Shown here one piece after another: positions 1 through 8,963 of a stretch of DNA of 64,000 nt. The DNA lies in contig JACKGY010000009.1 of NCBI GenBank assembly GCA_020639295.1, positions 165,148 to 229,147 on the forward strand, written 5' to 3'. Origin of the DNA: Planctomycetota bacterium (GTDB lineage Bacteria; Planctomycetota; GCA-002687715; DRQF01). The translations under genes were made by a program, and so were the position numbers. The notes beneath the pieces were generated by a model. That model was not told the origin of the DNA and did not search any database. It saw only the letters and a list, made by a program, of their open reading frames with translations. Within the stretch, counting starts at the first letter, position 1. Each line of letters opens with the position of its first letter.

Positions 1-2
1 GC

Positions 3-905
3 CTGGGCTGGCTCCTGGTCCTCCTGGTCTACCTGGGCGGCGAGGCCCTGGTCGACCGGAGCGGCGCCTTCGCCACCCTCCTCCTGCGCCGGGACTATGC
101 CCTCGAAGCGCTTCTTCTCGGCACCGGCAACCTGCCTTTCGGGGTCGGCCTGGAGCTCTTCGGCGAGGCGCAGCCGGACCAGGTCGCCGAATTGGGGCGA
201 TTCAGCCGACATGCCCACCAGGCCCTGCTCGGCCTCTTCGCCGAGACCGGCATCCTGGTCCTGTCGGCCCTCGCGGGGCTGGTCCTGCTCCTGCGCGGTC
301 TGCTCGCGGCGACGCGCGAGCGGGACGGGCTCGCCGCCCCGCCCCGGGGGCACCGAGCCTTCCCCTACCTGGTCCTGCCGGCCCTGGTCCTGGGCGTCCT
401 GAGCGGCAACCTGGCCCTGACCACCGCCGGGCTCCTCGTCGAGCTGCCGCTGATCGGAGCCCTGGCCTTCGCCCTCGATCGCCTCGTCGCCGGCCCGCTC
501 GCCGCGGCCGATCGTTCGGGTGACCGGAAGGCGCTCGCCTGTGGCGTTCTGGCCCTGCTCCTCCACGCCCAGATCGACTTCGACCTGCGCATCAGCTCGC
601 TCCTGGCGGCCACCGCCATGGTCGCCGCGCTCGCCCTGCGGCGGATCGCCGCCGCCGGCGCCGAGAAGCCGGGTGGGCGGGGACGAACGTTTGCCGGCTG
701 GGCGATCGTGGTCCTGCTCCTGTTCGCCACCGGTCTGCTCCAGCTGGGTCGTCCGATCGATCTCCGCGGCTTGCGCGACGATGCCCGTAGCGGTCGGGTG
801 GAGCGGATCGAGGCGGCGCGCCGGGAACTCCTGGAGGCGCCCGCGAAACTCCGCGAGCTGCCCGGCTATGCGCGGCTCGCGCGGTCCCTGGGTCTCGATC
901 GCTGA
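3..905 (+). CDS. O-antigen ligase (Wzy_C) family membrane protein, 5-prime truncated by the window edge
   Basis: Frame 3 is open from nt 3. The translation is rich in hydrophobic TM segments and contains the O-antigen-ligase loop motif RFSRHAHQALLGLFAETGILV. Stop codon at 903-905. Confidence 0.6.
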   Translation: MGWLLVLLVYLGGEALVDRSGAFATLLLRRDYALEALLLGTGNLPFGVGLELFGEAQPDQVAELGRFSRHAHQALLGLFAETGILVLSALAGLVLLLRGLLAATRERDGLAAPPRGHRAFPYLVLPALVLGVLSGNLALTTAGLLVELPLIGALAFALDRLVAGPLAAADRSGDRKALACGVLALLLHAQIDFDLRISSLLAATAMVAALALRRIAAAGAEKPGGRGRTFAGWAIVVLLLFATGLLQLGRPIDLRGLRDDARSGRVERIEAARRELLEAPAKLRELPGYARLARSLGLDR

Positions 906-943
906 CCCTTGCTCGCCGCCCGGCGAAAGCCCACCATGCGGTC

Positions 944-2020
944 ATGAGCGCATTCGAGCCCCGCCTGTTCATCCCCGGCCCGACCGAGGTCTTTCCCGAG
1001 GTCCTGGCCGACCTGTCCCGTCCCGTCATCTCCCATCGTGGTCCCGAGATCCGCGAGATCACGCTGGCGGTCTTCGCCAAGCTGCAGCGGCTCTTCCTGA
1101 CCGAGAACGAGTGCTTCACTGCCCTGACCGCCGCCACCGGCCTGATGGAGGGCGTGGTGCGCAACCTGTCGCGCAAGCGGATCCTCGCCACCGTCTGCGG
1201 GGCCTTCAGCGAGCGCCAGTACAAGGTCGCGGTGAACAACGGCAAGGCGGTGGACGCGCTTCGCGTCGAGCCGGGCAGGCCGGTGCGGCCGGAGGCCGTC
1301 GAGGAAGCGCTGGCCGGTGGCGACTACGACCTGGTCACCCTGGTGCACAGCGAGACCTCCACGGGAGTCCTCAATCCGGTGGCGGAGATCGCCGAGGTGG
1401 TGCGTCGTCACGACGACATCCTGCTCGCCGTCGACGTGGTCAGCTCTCTCGCGGGGGCGCCGGTCCGCATCGACGACTGGGGCGTGGACCTGGCCTTCGC
1501 CGGCACCCAGAAGTGCCTGGCCCTGCCGCCCGGCCTCTGTCTGTTCACGGTGAGCCCACGCGCCATGGACCGCTGCGCCTCGATCGCCGGCCGGGGCCAC
1601 TACTTCGACTTCCTGAACTACCGCAAGATGGCCGCCAAGGGTCAGAGCCCGGCGACGATCAACACCAGCATGATGGTGGCCCTCGACGGGCAACTCGATC
1701 GCATCCTCGAGGAGGGACTCGAGTGCCGCTGGGCCCGGCACGAGGAGATGGCGCGCTACGTTCGGGGCCGCCTCGAGCGCTTCAAGCTCTTTCCAGATCC
1801 CGACTTCATGTCGCCCACCTTGTCCGTCTTCGCCAACGACCAGGGCCTCGAGATCAAGCAAATCGTTGACTCGGCGCGGCGCAAAGGGAAACTGTTCGGA
1901 GACGGATACGGCGAGCTGGCAGGCAAGACCTTCCGCATCGGGCACATGGGCGATCTTCGACTCGACCACATGAAGTCCGCCCTCGACGTGTTCGAAGCCG
2001 TTCTCGCCGAACAGGAGTGA
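944..2020 (+). CDS. Class V PLP-dependent aminotransferase (alanine-glyoxylate / serine-pyruvate aminotransferase family)
   Basis: 358-aa ORF starting at an ATG. The N-terminus LFIPGPTEVFPEVLADLSRPVISHRGPE is typical of class V aminotransferases. High-GC third-position codon bias. Confidence 0.85.
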   Translation: MSAFEPRLFIPGPTEVFPEVLADLSRPVISHRGPEIREITLAVFAKLQRLFLTENECFTALTAATGLMEGVVRNLSRKRILATVCGAFSERQYKVAVNNGKAVDALRVEPGRPVRPEAVEEALAGGDYDLVTLVHSETSTGVLNPVAEIAEVVRRHDDILLAVDVVSSLAGAPVRIDDWGVDLAFAGTQKCLALPPGLCLFTVSPRAMDRCASIAGRGHYFDFLNYRKMAAKGQSPATINTSMMVALDGQLDRILEEGLECRWARHEEMARYVRGRLERFKLFPDPDFMSPTLSVFANDQGLEIKQIVDSARRKGKLFGDGYGELAGKTFRIGHMGDLRLDHMKSALDVFEAVLAEQE

Positions 2021-2023
2021 TCG

Positions 2024-2413
2024 ATGAGCGACCCGAGCCTGAGTGCCTTCGTCCGCCAGCTGCTCCACCGCTACGAGCAGCGACACGGTCTCGAGCTCGA
2101 CGGCCCGGCGCTGATCACCCGCTTCGGCTTCGCCCAGGCCAAGTCCATCGAGGCCATGCTGGACGGCCGCGTCCTGCGCCGCGAACTCGGCGAGATCCTG
2201 GCGGTCGTCGCCGACCTCGAGGGTGACGACGAGGACGCCCGCCTGCTCACCAGCCTCACCCTCCCCATGGTCGAACCCGCCGATGAACCCGGCGTCATGA
2301 GCGGCCGTCTGGTGCGCAGGATCGAGAACATGGAACGCTTCCTGCGCCGCATCGGCAAGCTCGACGAGTTTCGCCGCTGGGTCGCCGGCGGCGACAAGGT
2401 CGCCGAAGGCTGA
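2024..2413 (+). CDS. Hypothetical protein (129 aa)
   Basis: The ATG lies 3 nt after the upstream stop and is preceded by CAGGAG. Amino-acid composition looks coding. A small hairpin GCCGACC-GCT-GGTCGGC follows at 2422-2438. No recognisable domain. Confidence 0.55.
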   Translation: MSDPSLSAFVRQLLHRYEQRHGLELDGPALITRFGFAQAKSIEAMLDGRVLRRELGEILAVVADLEGDDEDARLLTSLTLPMVEPADEPGVMSGRLVRRIENMERFLRRIGKLDEFRRWVAGGDKVAEG

Positions 2414-2540
2414 GTTGGAGAGCCGACCGCTGGTCGGCCTGGACAGCCTCCGCCCTTGCTCTCGATCTCGTCAGGCTGATCGCGGGCGAGCGTGGCCCTT
2501 CCGGTCGTCGGTCGCTCTCAGGAGTGTTGCCGGCTGGGCA

Positions 2541-2670
2541 GCCGGCGCTCCGAGGCGCGCTCGACGGCATGCCGGATGCGCAGCAGGCGCTGCGCGGTCC
2601 GATCTTCACCTCGGCAGGAATCGCTCCTGGGTTGCCGGCGCTCCGAGGCGCGCTCGACGGTCATGCCGGA
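2541..2670. repeat. Two copies of a 36-37 bp direct repeat in non-coding DNA
   Basis: Copy 1 at 2541-2576 is GCCGGCGCTCCGAGGCGCGCTCGACGGCATGCCGGA. Copy 2 at 2634-2670 is identical except for one inserted T. A 7-bp hairpin GCGCAGC-aggc-GCTGCGC (2578-2595) lies between them. Confidence 0.75.
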
Positions 2671-2699
2671 GCGCGAGCTGGCATCCCGGATTCATGCGA

Positions 2700-2730
2700 A
2701 GAGGGCCGGCCCCCGGGGAGCCGGCCCTCT
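2700..2730. terminator. Perfect 11-bp stem hairpin, likely terminator of the minus-strand gene ending at 2756
   Basis: AGAGGGCCGGC-ccccgggga-GCCGGCCCTCT. It sits 26 nt downstream of the stop of CDS 2756-3400 (minus strand). There is no clear U-tract. Confidence 0.5.
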
Positions 2731-2755
2731 CGTCGTTCGGGATCGAGGCGCGCGA

Positions 2756-3400
2756 TCAGTGCTTCTTGGTCTCGTAGGGCAGGAAGCCGCGCATGGCCTT
2801 GGCGCTGTTGGTGTAGCGCCGCTCTTCCTTCTGGAAGCAGGCATCCCAGAGATCGGGGTGAAAGGCGCCGACCTCGAAGATGAAGTTCTCGTACAGCCGA
2901 TCGCCCTTCCGCCAGGTGTCGATGGCCTGCTTCGCCAGGTCCTTGTAGCGGTCCTCGTCACCCCCGTCCCGGGCCTTCTCGGCGTCGGCCTTCAGGGCGT
3001 AGGCGTCGGAGATGTACTTGTCGATCTCCTCCCACTTGTGCATGTCCACCTTGGCCATCAGGGGCTTCAGCTTGGCCATGTCGAACTTGGCGTTGCGGGC
3101 CTTGTCGTAGGCGTTCTGCGGGCCCTCGTCGACCGGCGGGGGGCTGGCCTTCTTGGCCGTCGCGCTGGTGTCGAGGTTGGAGGGCTTGGGCTCGTTCGTG
3201 CTGGGGGAGCTGATCGTGCCCTCATCGTCCTTGGCGGGCTCGTCCTTGCTGTTGACGACGACCAGGACGAGGATCACGACCAACAGGACGCCGACGACGG
3301 CCATGACCATCGCCATCGGGTTGGACCCGCGCCGGCCACCGCGTCCACCTCGCGTCGCGCCACGTCCGCCGCTTCTACCGGTCTGAACTCTGCGTCCCAT
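2756..3400 (-). CDS. Hypothetical single-pass membrane protein with an RGG-rich N-terminus
   Basis: I chose the internal ATG at 3400 because it is preceded by GAGGTG 8 nt upstream. The Arg/Gly-rich tail is followed by a TM helix (MAMVMAVVGVLLVVILVLVVV) and then a soluble domain. No known family recognised. Confidence 0.6.
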   Translation of the reverse strand: MGRRVQTGRSGGRGATRGGRGGRRGSNPMAMVMAVVGVLLVVILVLVVVNSKDEPAKDDEGTISSPSTNEPKPSNLDTSATAKKASPPPVDEGPQNAYDKARNAKFDMAKLKPLMAKVDMHKWEEIDKYISDAYALKADAEKARDGGDEDRYKDLAKQAIDTWRKGDRLYENFIFEVGAFHPDLWDACFQKEERRYTNSAKAMRGFLPYETKKH

Positions 3401-3477
3401 GGATTCGTCACCTCGTTCGTTGCCGTTCCTGCGAGCCGAGAGTCTAAGGAATCGCCCGCGCCGCGCCAAACGCCCTT

Positions 3478-4827
3478 TCAGGGCTCCGAGAAGACCAGGG
3501 CGGCGTAGCCGCCGTCCGCGCCCGCCTCGTCCGGAAAGGCCCTCTCCTCGGTGGCGATCCGCAGCCCGGATCGACCCTCGAGGACGCGACGCAGCAGCTC
3601 CTCGTTCTCGACCGGCAGGACCGAGCAGGTCGAGTAGACCAGGCGCGCTCCGCGGGGCAAGGCCGCCAGGGCGGCGCGAAGCAGCTCCTCCTGGAGCTCG
3701 GTGAGCGAGCGCAAGTCCTTGCTCGTCAGCCGGTCGCGTGCTTCCGGGCGGCGCGCGAGGACGCCGCTGTTGCTGCAGGGCACGTCGAGGAGCATGGCGT
3801 CATGGGGTCCCCGATCGAAGGGGGCTTCGCGCACGAGCTCGACCCGCCCCTGGAGCTCGAGCCGGCGCAGGTTCTCTTCGAGGCGGCGGGCGCCCTGATC
3901 ATCGCGGGCGAAGGCGAGGATCCGCGCGCCGGGATCGAGGTCGGCGAGCTGCGCCGCCTTGCCGCCGGGGGGCGCGCAGAGGTCGAGGATGCGCTCGCCG
4001 CCACGGGGCGCGAGCAGGGGCGCGACCCGGGCCGCGAAGGGACCCTGGACGGTGATCGCGCCGCGGCGGAAGGCCGCGCTGGCGGTCGGGTCACCGCGGC
4101 GGACCAGGAGGAGTTCGCCGCCGTCCTCCGGCTCCAGCTCCAGGCCTTCGGCTTCGAGTTCCGCGCGGAGGGCCTGCCGGTCCGCGCCGGTGGGCCGGGG
4201 GCGGAGGCTGACCCGCGGCCGGAGGCCGGCGCGGGCCATGAGGAGTCCGGCCTGCCGATCACCGAGCTGGGACTCGAGGAGGGCCGCGGCTTCGGCGCTG
4301 AAGGAATGGAGCAGCGCCCGGTGGGCCGCCGCCTCGGCGACCGGATCCGGCAGCACGTCGCGGCCGAGCAGGAAGCCCCGACCCGGGGCCGCCGGCAGGA
4401 AGCGGCGCCCGGGAACCGAGGCCTGATCCGGGTCGACGAGACGACGGCCTTCGCGAAGGATCGTCCGCAGGACCGCGTTGGCGAAGCCTCTGGCCTTGCG
4501 CCCGGGCAGCAGGTCGACGGCGGTGGCGACCGCGGCGTGGACCGGCATCCGATCGAGCTCGACGATCTGATGGAGGCCGATCCGAAGCGCGGCCAGGAGG
4601 CGGGCCTCGAGCCGGGCGAGCGGGGCCGAGGAATGGGCGGCGAGGACGGCGTCGTAGAGGAGGCGGCGCCGGCCGATCCCCGCCACCAGTTCGACGAAGA
4701 GGGCGCGCTCGCGGGCCGGCAGGCGATCCGCGAGGCGGCGGCGGGCATCGGGATCGACGCTCGTGCTACTGCGTCCGAGCAGATCGACGGCGGCCCGTCG
4801 CGCCGTCGCGGCCGAGGATTCAGACAT
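3478..4827 (-). CDS. rsmB: 16S rRNA (cytosine967-C5)-methyltransferase RsmB/Sun
   Basis: SAM-binding motif LDLCAPPGGKAAQLAD. Catalytic motifs DVPCSNSGVLARRPE and VYSTCSV. The start overlaps the fmt stop by 8 nt, matching the classic fmt-rsmB order. Confidence 0.9.
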   Translation of the reverse strand: MSESSAATARRAAVDLLGRSSTSVDPDARRRLADRLPARERALFVELVAGIGRRRLLYDAVLAAHSSAPLARLEARLLAALRIGLHQIVELDRMPVHAAVATAVDLLPGRKARGFANAVLRTILREGRRLVDPDQASVPGRRFLPAAPGRGFLLGRDVLPDPVAEAAAHRALLHSFSAEAAALLESQLGDRQAGLLMARAGLRPRVSLRPRPTGADRQALRAELEAEGLELEPEDGGELLLVRRGDPTASAAFRRGAITVQGPFAARVAPLLAPRGGERILDLCAPPGGKAAQLADLDPGARILAFARDDQGARRLEENLRRLELQGRVELVREAPFDRGPHDAMLLDVPCSNSGVLARRPEARDRLTSKDLRSLTELQEELLRAALAALPRGARLVYSTCSVLPVENEELLRRVLEGRSGLRIATEERAFPDEAGADGGYAALVFSEP

Positions 4828-5776
4828 CGAGCGGTCTCGCGAAATGGTCGCCGGGGGTGAGCGGGTGGCCGTTCAGGAAGTCGGCGACCGGCATCATCCG
4901 CCTGCCGCTCGGCTGCAGGCTCTCGATCCGCAAGAGCCCCGGGGCGCAGGCGACGTCGATGCCCTCGGCGCCGACGGCCACGATCTCCCCCGGAATGCCG
5001 GTCCGCCGATCGTCGAGCGGAGTGACCCGGCCGAGCCGGACTCGCAGCCGTTGATCGGCATGGACGAGGTCGGCATGGGCTCCGGGCCAGGGATCGTGAC
5101 CGCGGACCTGCCGGTCGACGTCTCCGACCGGGGCGGCGAAGTCGAGGGCGGCGTCGCTCTTGCGCATCAGGCCGGCGTGGCTGGCCCGGGCTTCGTCCTG
5201 GGGCTCGAATTCGAGGTCGCCGGCCTCGAGCCGGTCGAGCGCCTCGACGATGAGCCGGGCACCGAGTTCCGCGAGGCGATCGTGCAGTTCGCCGGCGGTC
5301 TCGCGGGGCAGAGCCGGGAGCCGGCCGACGAGACCGACCGGCCCGGTGTCGAGGCCTTCATCCATCCGCATGATGCTCACCCCCACCTCCGGGTCGCCAG
5401 CGAGGATCTGGGCGTTGATCGGGGACGCGCCCCGGTGCCGGGGCAGGATCGAGGCATGGATGTTGAGGCAGCCCCGGGGCGGCAGGGCGAGGAGGAGCGG
5501 GCGGAGGATCTGCCCGTAGGCGGCGACGACCGCCACCTCCGGTTGGGCCGCGCGAATTCGGGCCCGGGCGGCGCGGGTGTTGATCCGCTCCGGCTGATCC
5601 AGATCGAGGCCGGATTCGAGAGCCTTGACCTTCACGGGTGGGGGTAGGTCGCGCCGCCCGCGGCCGGCGGGCCGATCGGGTTGGGTGACGACCAGGGCGA
5701 CCTCGTGCCGCGAGGCGACGAGGGCCTCCAGCGCCCGGGCCGCGAATTCGGACGTGCCGAGAAAGACGAGCCTCAT
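4820..5776 (-). CDS. fmt: Methionyl-tRNA formyltransferase
   Basis: MRLVFLGTSEFAARALEALVASRHEVALVVTQPDRPAGRGRR and NIHASILPRHRGASPI are canonical Fmt motifs. Confidence 0.92.
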   Translation of the reverse strand: MRLVFLGTSEFAARALEALVASRHEVALVVTQPDRPAGRGRRDLPPPVKVKALESGLDLDQPERINTRAARARIRAAQPEVAVVAAYGQILRPLLLALPPRGCLNIHASILPRHRGASPINAQILAGDPEVGVSIMRMDEGLDTGPVGLVGRLPALPRETAGELHDRLAELGARLIVEALDRLEAGDLEFEPQDEARASHAGLMRKSDAALDFAAPVGDVDRQVRGHDPWPGAHADLVHADQRLRVRLGRVTPLDDRRTGIPGEIVAVGAEGIDVACAPGLLRIESLQPSGRRMMPVADFLNGHPLTPGDHFARPLDV

Positions 5777-5820
5777 GGCGGTGGTTTAGCGCCCGGACGA
5801 GGCGGCCCCAAGCCGCCGCC

Positions 5821-6909
5821 TCACTGGCCCTCGGCCTGGCGGATCAACTTGCTGATGTCCGGATCGGCGGCGAAGTAGTCGAGTCGAGCCTTGGCCTTCA
5901 GCCCGACCGGGAGACCCTCGCCCCGCTCGACGACGCGGCGGTAGAGGTCACGGGCCTTGAGCCACTCGCCCTTCTGCTCGAACTCGCCGGCCTTGGCGAG
6001 ATCGGGGCGGAGCTTCTTGTCCCGGGCGAGATCACGGGCGGCGTTCTTTCCCGCCTTGGTCTTGCGCAGCCGGTCGAAGGCGGCGCGGGCCTTCTGTTCC
6101 GGCGGCGTGCCGTCGAACTCGGCCATCAGGTCGTCGAGGAGGACGAGGGCCTCGAGCAGGCGTTCCTGGTCGGCGAGCCGGTAGGCCTCTTCCAGGCGCT
6201 TGTTCAGGGCGTCGTCGATCGACTTCATGATCTCCTCGGCGCGTTTCACCGGCGCGGCCGGTCCGCCCACGGCGGCCAGCTCGGCCACGGCGTCGAGGGC
6301 TTGGCGGTATTCCCGCGCGCGCAGGTGATTCCGGCCCCGGGTCAACATTTCCCGGGAGGCCTCGAACATCTCCCGGGTCAGGCCGGGACCGAGCTTCTTC
6401 CGGGCTCCTTCCAGGACCTTCAGGTAGGCGGCGGTCGGTTCGACGTCGACGATCCGGTCGATGAGCTGGAGATTGGGCCGACAGAACATGAGCTGCGGCG
6501 TCTTCACCTCGTCGTCCTGGAAGAACTGGCGGAACATCTCGACCTCGTGGTCCTGATGACGCGCGCAGGTGGTGCCGCCGAAGCGCTTGCAGACCTCGAT
6601 CTGGCCGGCGCCGCGCTCGATCTTGATCACGCCGTGGTCCTCGCGGCAGCAGATGACCGGCACGACCTCGTTGACCGCGACGACGAACTTCTTGTCGACG
6701 AAGAGCCCCTCCACCAGCCGGTCGTTGGCCTCCTCCCCCTCCTGGATCACCGCGATGACCAGCGGCACGTTGCGTTGCCGGGCCTCCTCGAGCGCCTCCT
6801 CCCAGGTGCCGCGCCACCAGGCGACCTGGTTCTTGGTCTGGGCCGGCAGGGCGGGCAGGAGGACGGCGATGACGAGGAGCAGGACGAGTTGGCGACTTGA
6901 TCCGATCAC
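5821..6909 (-). CDS. Secreted thioredoxin-fold-like protein with a helical repeat C-terminal half (function unknown)
   Basis: I trimmed the start to the GTG at 6909, which has GGGAGA 7 nt upstream. This gives a signal peptide IGSSRQLVLLLVIAVLLPALPAQ. The region WWRGTWEEALEEARQRNVPLVIAV resembles thioredoxin-like domains that lack CxxC. Confidence 0.6.
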   Translation of the reverse strand: MIGSSRQLVLLLVIAVLLPALPAQTKNQVAWWRGTWEEALEEARQRNVPLVIAVIQEGEEANDRLVEGLFVDKKFVVAVNEVVPVICCREDHGVIKIERGAGQIEVCKRFGGTTCARHQDHEVEMFRQFFQDDEVKTPQLMFCRPNLQLIDRIVDVEPTAAYLKVLEGARKKLGPGLTREMFEASREMLTRGRNHLRAREYRQALDAVAELAAVGGPAAPVKRAEEIMKSIDDALNKRLEEAYRLADQERLLEALVLLDDLMAEFDGTPPEQKARAAFDRLRKTKAGKNAARDLARDKKLRPDLAKAGEFEQKGEWLKARDLYRRVVERGEGLPVGLKAKARLDYFAADPDISKLIRQAEGQ

Positions 6910-7045
6910 GGCCTGTCTCCCGACCCGCCCACGGCTCGAAACCCGGGCCGCGCGGGTCCTGGAGGATCGATTATAGGGAGAGGTCGCCGTCTCGGGGGCG
7001 GGGGATTCGTGGTTCGGCGGGGAAGGCACTCGAAGGGAGAAAGAT

Positions 7046-7114
7046 GAGAGGGTGACCGCTTGACGAGATCGGAGCGCATACCTTGTTCAACCAAGAAAGC
7101 GCGGTCACCCTCTC
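7046..7114. repeat. Perfect 14-bp inverted repeat with a 41-nt loop in non-coding DNA
   Basis: GAGAGGGTGACCGC at 7046-7059 is the exact reverse complement of GCGGTCACCCTCTC at 7101-7114. Confidence 0.8.
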
Positions 7115-7578
7115 GACCGAGTGCGCCGGAGATGTATCGAATGGCGTGCCAATCTCCTGAACGGCCTTCGAATGCAGGATCGGCGGCCTTTCATGGCATT
7201 CCAAGCCCCGGAAGGGGCCCCTTCCGACCCCGGAATCGATCTGTCAAACCAGGTCAAATCGAGCGGAATCGCTCGCTCGACTCGGATCGCGCTGAATCGA
7301 GCTGACCGTTTTGCCCGTTTCCCTCAGCGTATTCACGCAGGGAGTTCTCCGGCATTCACCTCCTTCCGGTTTGGCGCAAAGCCCGAGAATCCGGCAGCTT
7401 GCGGCGAGCGATCCGGACTTTGTGTCGCGCCTTCCGGCTTTGCCTCAATGAGCGATTTTGCAGGAGCCGAAGAGGACATTGCTGACTGGAAGGCAGCCAT
7501 GGGAACACACGGGCTATCGATCCGGTGCACTGTCCGCACGGGAAAGCGCTCCGCCGGAACAATGTAGGAGTGGGGAAG

Positions 7579-8136
7579 ATGCCAGGAGAACTGGTGACCA
7601 AGCAAATGCGCCAGGACATGATCCTCGAGATCGTCAAGTCCAGGCCCGTTCACAATCAGCTCGAGCTGATCAAGCTCCTGGAGGAGCGCGGAATCAGCGC
7701 CACGCAGTCGAGCGTCTCGCGCGACATTCACGAGCTATCCATCGCCAAGGTGGATGGGCGCTATGTCGTGGCGGTGCTGCCGGTCCAGGACGATCGCCAG
7801 TACGAGTACAGCCAGGCCCAGGAAGGTGACGGCCTGGTGCGCTCGCTCTGCCCGGCCGGGCCGAGCGTCCTGGTGGTGAAGACCGAGGTCGGCTCGGCGG
7901 AATCGGTCGGCTCGTCGATCGACCGGGCGCGCTGGCCCGAGGTCCTCGGCACCATCGCCGGTGGCGACACCATCTTCATCGCCACCGCCGGCAAGCGGGA
8001 GCAGCTCCGGCTGATCACCCGGCTCCAGGAGTTCATGAACAACCCCGAGAACGTCTTCCTCGTCGAGGAGGATCCGGCCCGGACCCAGGATCTGGCTCCG
8101 GCCCACTCGGGTCATCCCTTCGGCTTCGGCTCCTGA
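7579..8136 (+). CDS. argR: Arginine repressor ArgR
   Basis: The ATG at 7579 is preceded by GGAGTGGGGAAG. Winged-helix N-terminal region: RQDMILEIVKSRPVHNQLELIKLLEERGISATQSSVSRDIHEL. C-terminal oligomerisation region: VLGTIAGGDTIFIA. Confidence 0.85.
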   Translation: MPGELVTKQMRQDMILEIVKSRPVHNQLELIKLLEERGISATQSSVSRDIHELSIAKVDGRYVVAVLPVQDDRQYEYSQAQEGDGLVRSLCPAGPSVLVVKTEVGSAESVGSSIDRARWPEVLGTIAGGDTIFIATAGKREQLRLITRLQEFMNNPENVFLVEEDPARTQDLAPAHSGHPFGFGS

Positions 8137-8157
8137 AGCCGGACCGAGAACGGCAAC

Positions 8158-8194
8158 GAGGCGTCGAGCGCCCGCTCGGCGCCTCGGCGCTTTT
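8158..8194 (+). terminator. Rho-independent-like terminator after argR
   Basis: An 11-bp stem, GAGGCGTCGAG / CTCGGCGCCTC (one G-U pair), with loop cgcccg. It is followed by GGCGCTTTTCG, which contains a run of four T. Confidence 0.5.
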
Positions 8195-8203
8195 CGAAGA
8201 TCC

Positions 8204-8758
8204 TCACCGCCAGGGCACGGGAACGTCGCGGCGCGCGATCGCCGCGTGCTGGAAGTGGAAGATGTAGGCGCTCGGTTTGCCACCCTGATAGGCCTGGGCC
8301 GAGATCTTGTTGCGACCGCGCTCGAAGAAGCGCACCTCGTCGGCCTGGCTGCCCGAACTGACGTTGACGCTCTCGCCCGACATGATCGTCGCCCGGCTGC
8401 CGTCGTCGGAGGCGCGCCCGAAGAACTTCAGCAGCATGTAGACCTGTTCACCATGCCGACCGTCGACCGCCACGACCGGCTCCGCCACCTTGACCTCGAT
8501 CCGGCAGAAGCCGGCGTCGCTGGCGCTGAAATAGCCCTGACCGCGGCGGACCAGACCGAAGGAGTTCTGCGGCGGTGGCTCGTCGAAGAGCAAGGGCGCC
8601 CCCGCCGCCACCGCCTTCGGATCGATGTCGATGCGGTAGAGGACCATGACCCGCTCGGTCCCTTGCGGATCCTTGGCGGCGGCGTCGCCTTCGTGGCTGG
8701 TCGTGCAGGCGGTCGCGAGCAGGGCAAGCAGGGCCATCAGGGGCAAGAGCCGGATCAT
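8204..8758 (-). CDS. Lipoprotein, function unknown
   Basis: I chose the internal ATG at 8758 because it is preceded by GGAG. Signal peptide with lipobox: MIRLLPLMALLALLATAC. Confidence 0.6.
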   Translation of the reverse strand: MIRLLPLMALLALLATACTTSHEGDAAAKDPQGTERVMVLYRIDIDPKAVAAGAPLLFDEPPPQNSFGLVRRGQGYFSASDAGFCRIEVKVAEPVVAVDGRHGEQVYMLLKFFGRASDDGSRATIMSGESVNVSSGSQADEVRFFERGRNKISAQAYQGGKPSAYIFHFQHAAIARRDVPVPWR

Positions 8759-8963
8759 GTCATCTCCTTCGGGCAGCGGTGACGGCCGCGGCGGAATCGC
8801 TGGGACGGCGGTCGCTCCCGGATCCTGGCGACATTCCGCGCGCAAGTAAAGGCGAGGGCTCGAGGCTTCGGCCACCGAGGTGGCCAGTCCCGGGGTCCGC
8901 TGGCATACTGGCGCCCCTCAACCCGCCGCGGTCGCGGCGGGAATTCGCGACCGGAGCATGCCC

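Noticed and set aside
6994-7022. GGGGGCGGGGGATTCGTGGTTCGGCGGGG resembles the 5-prime end of tmRNA (GGGGxxGAxxCTGGxTTCGACGGGG)
   Set aside because: There is no matching 3-prime end on either strand of the gap: no T-arm GGTTCGAxTCC, no complementary acceptor strand and no CCA context. No resume-codon or tag ORF is visible.
7228-7421. The minus strand contains, in the right order, AAAGTCCGG, GGAAGGAGGTGAATG and GACAGATCGATTCCGGGG, reminiscent of RNase P RNA conserved regions (GGAAAGTCCGGGC, GGTAAGGGTGAAA, ACAGAAxxCGGCTTA)
   Set aside because: The three elements span only about 190 nt, against about 290 nt in type A RNase P RNA. Universally conserved positions differ, and no P1-P3 helices could be drawn. 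It is retained only as part of the general possible-ncRNA finding for this gap.
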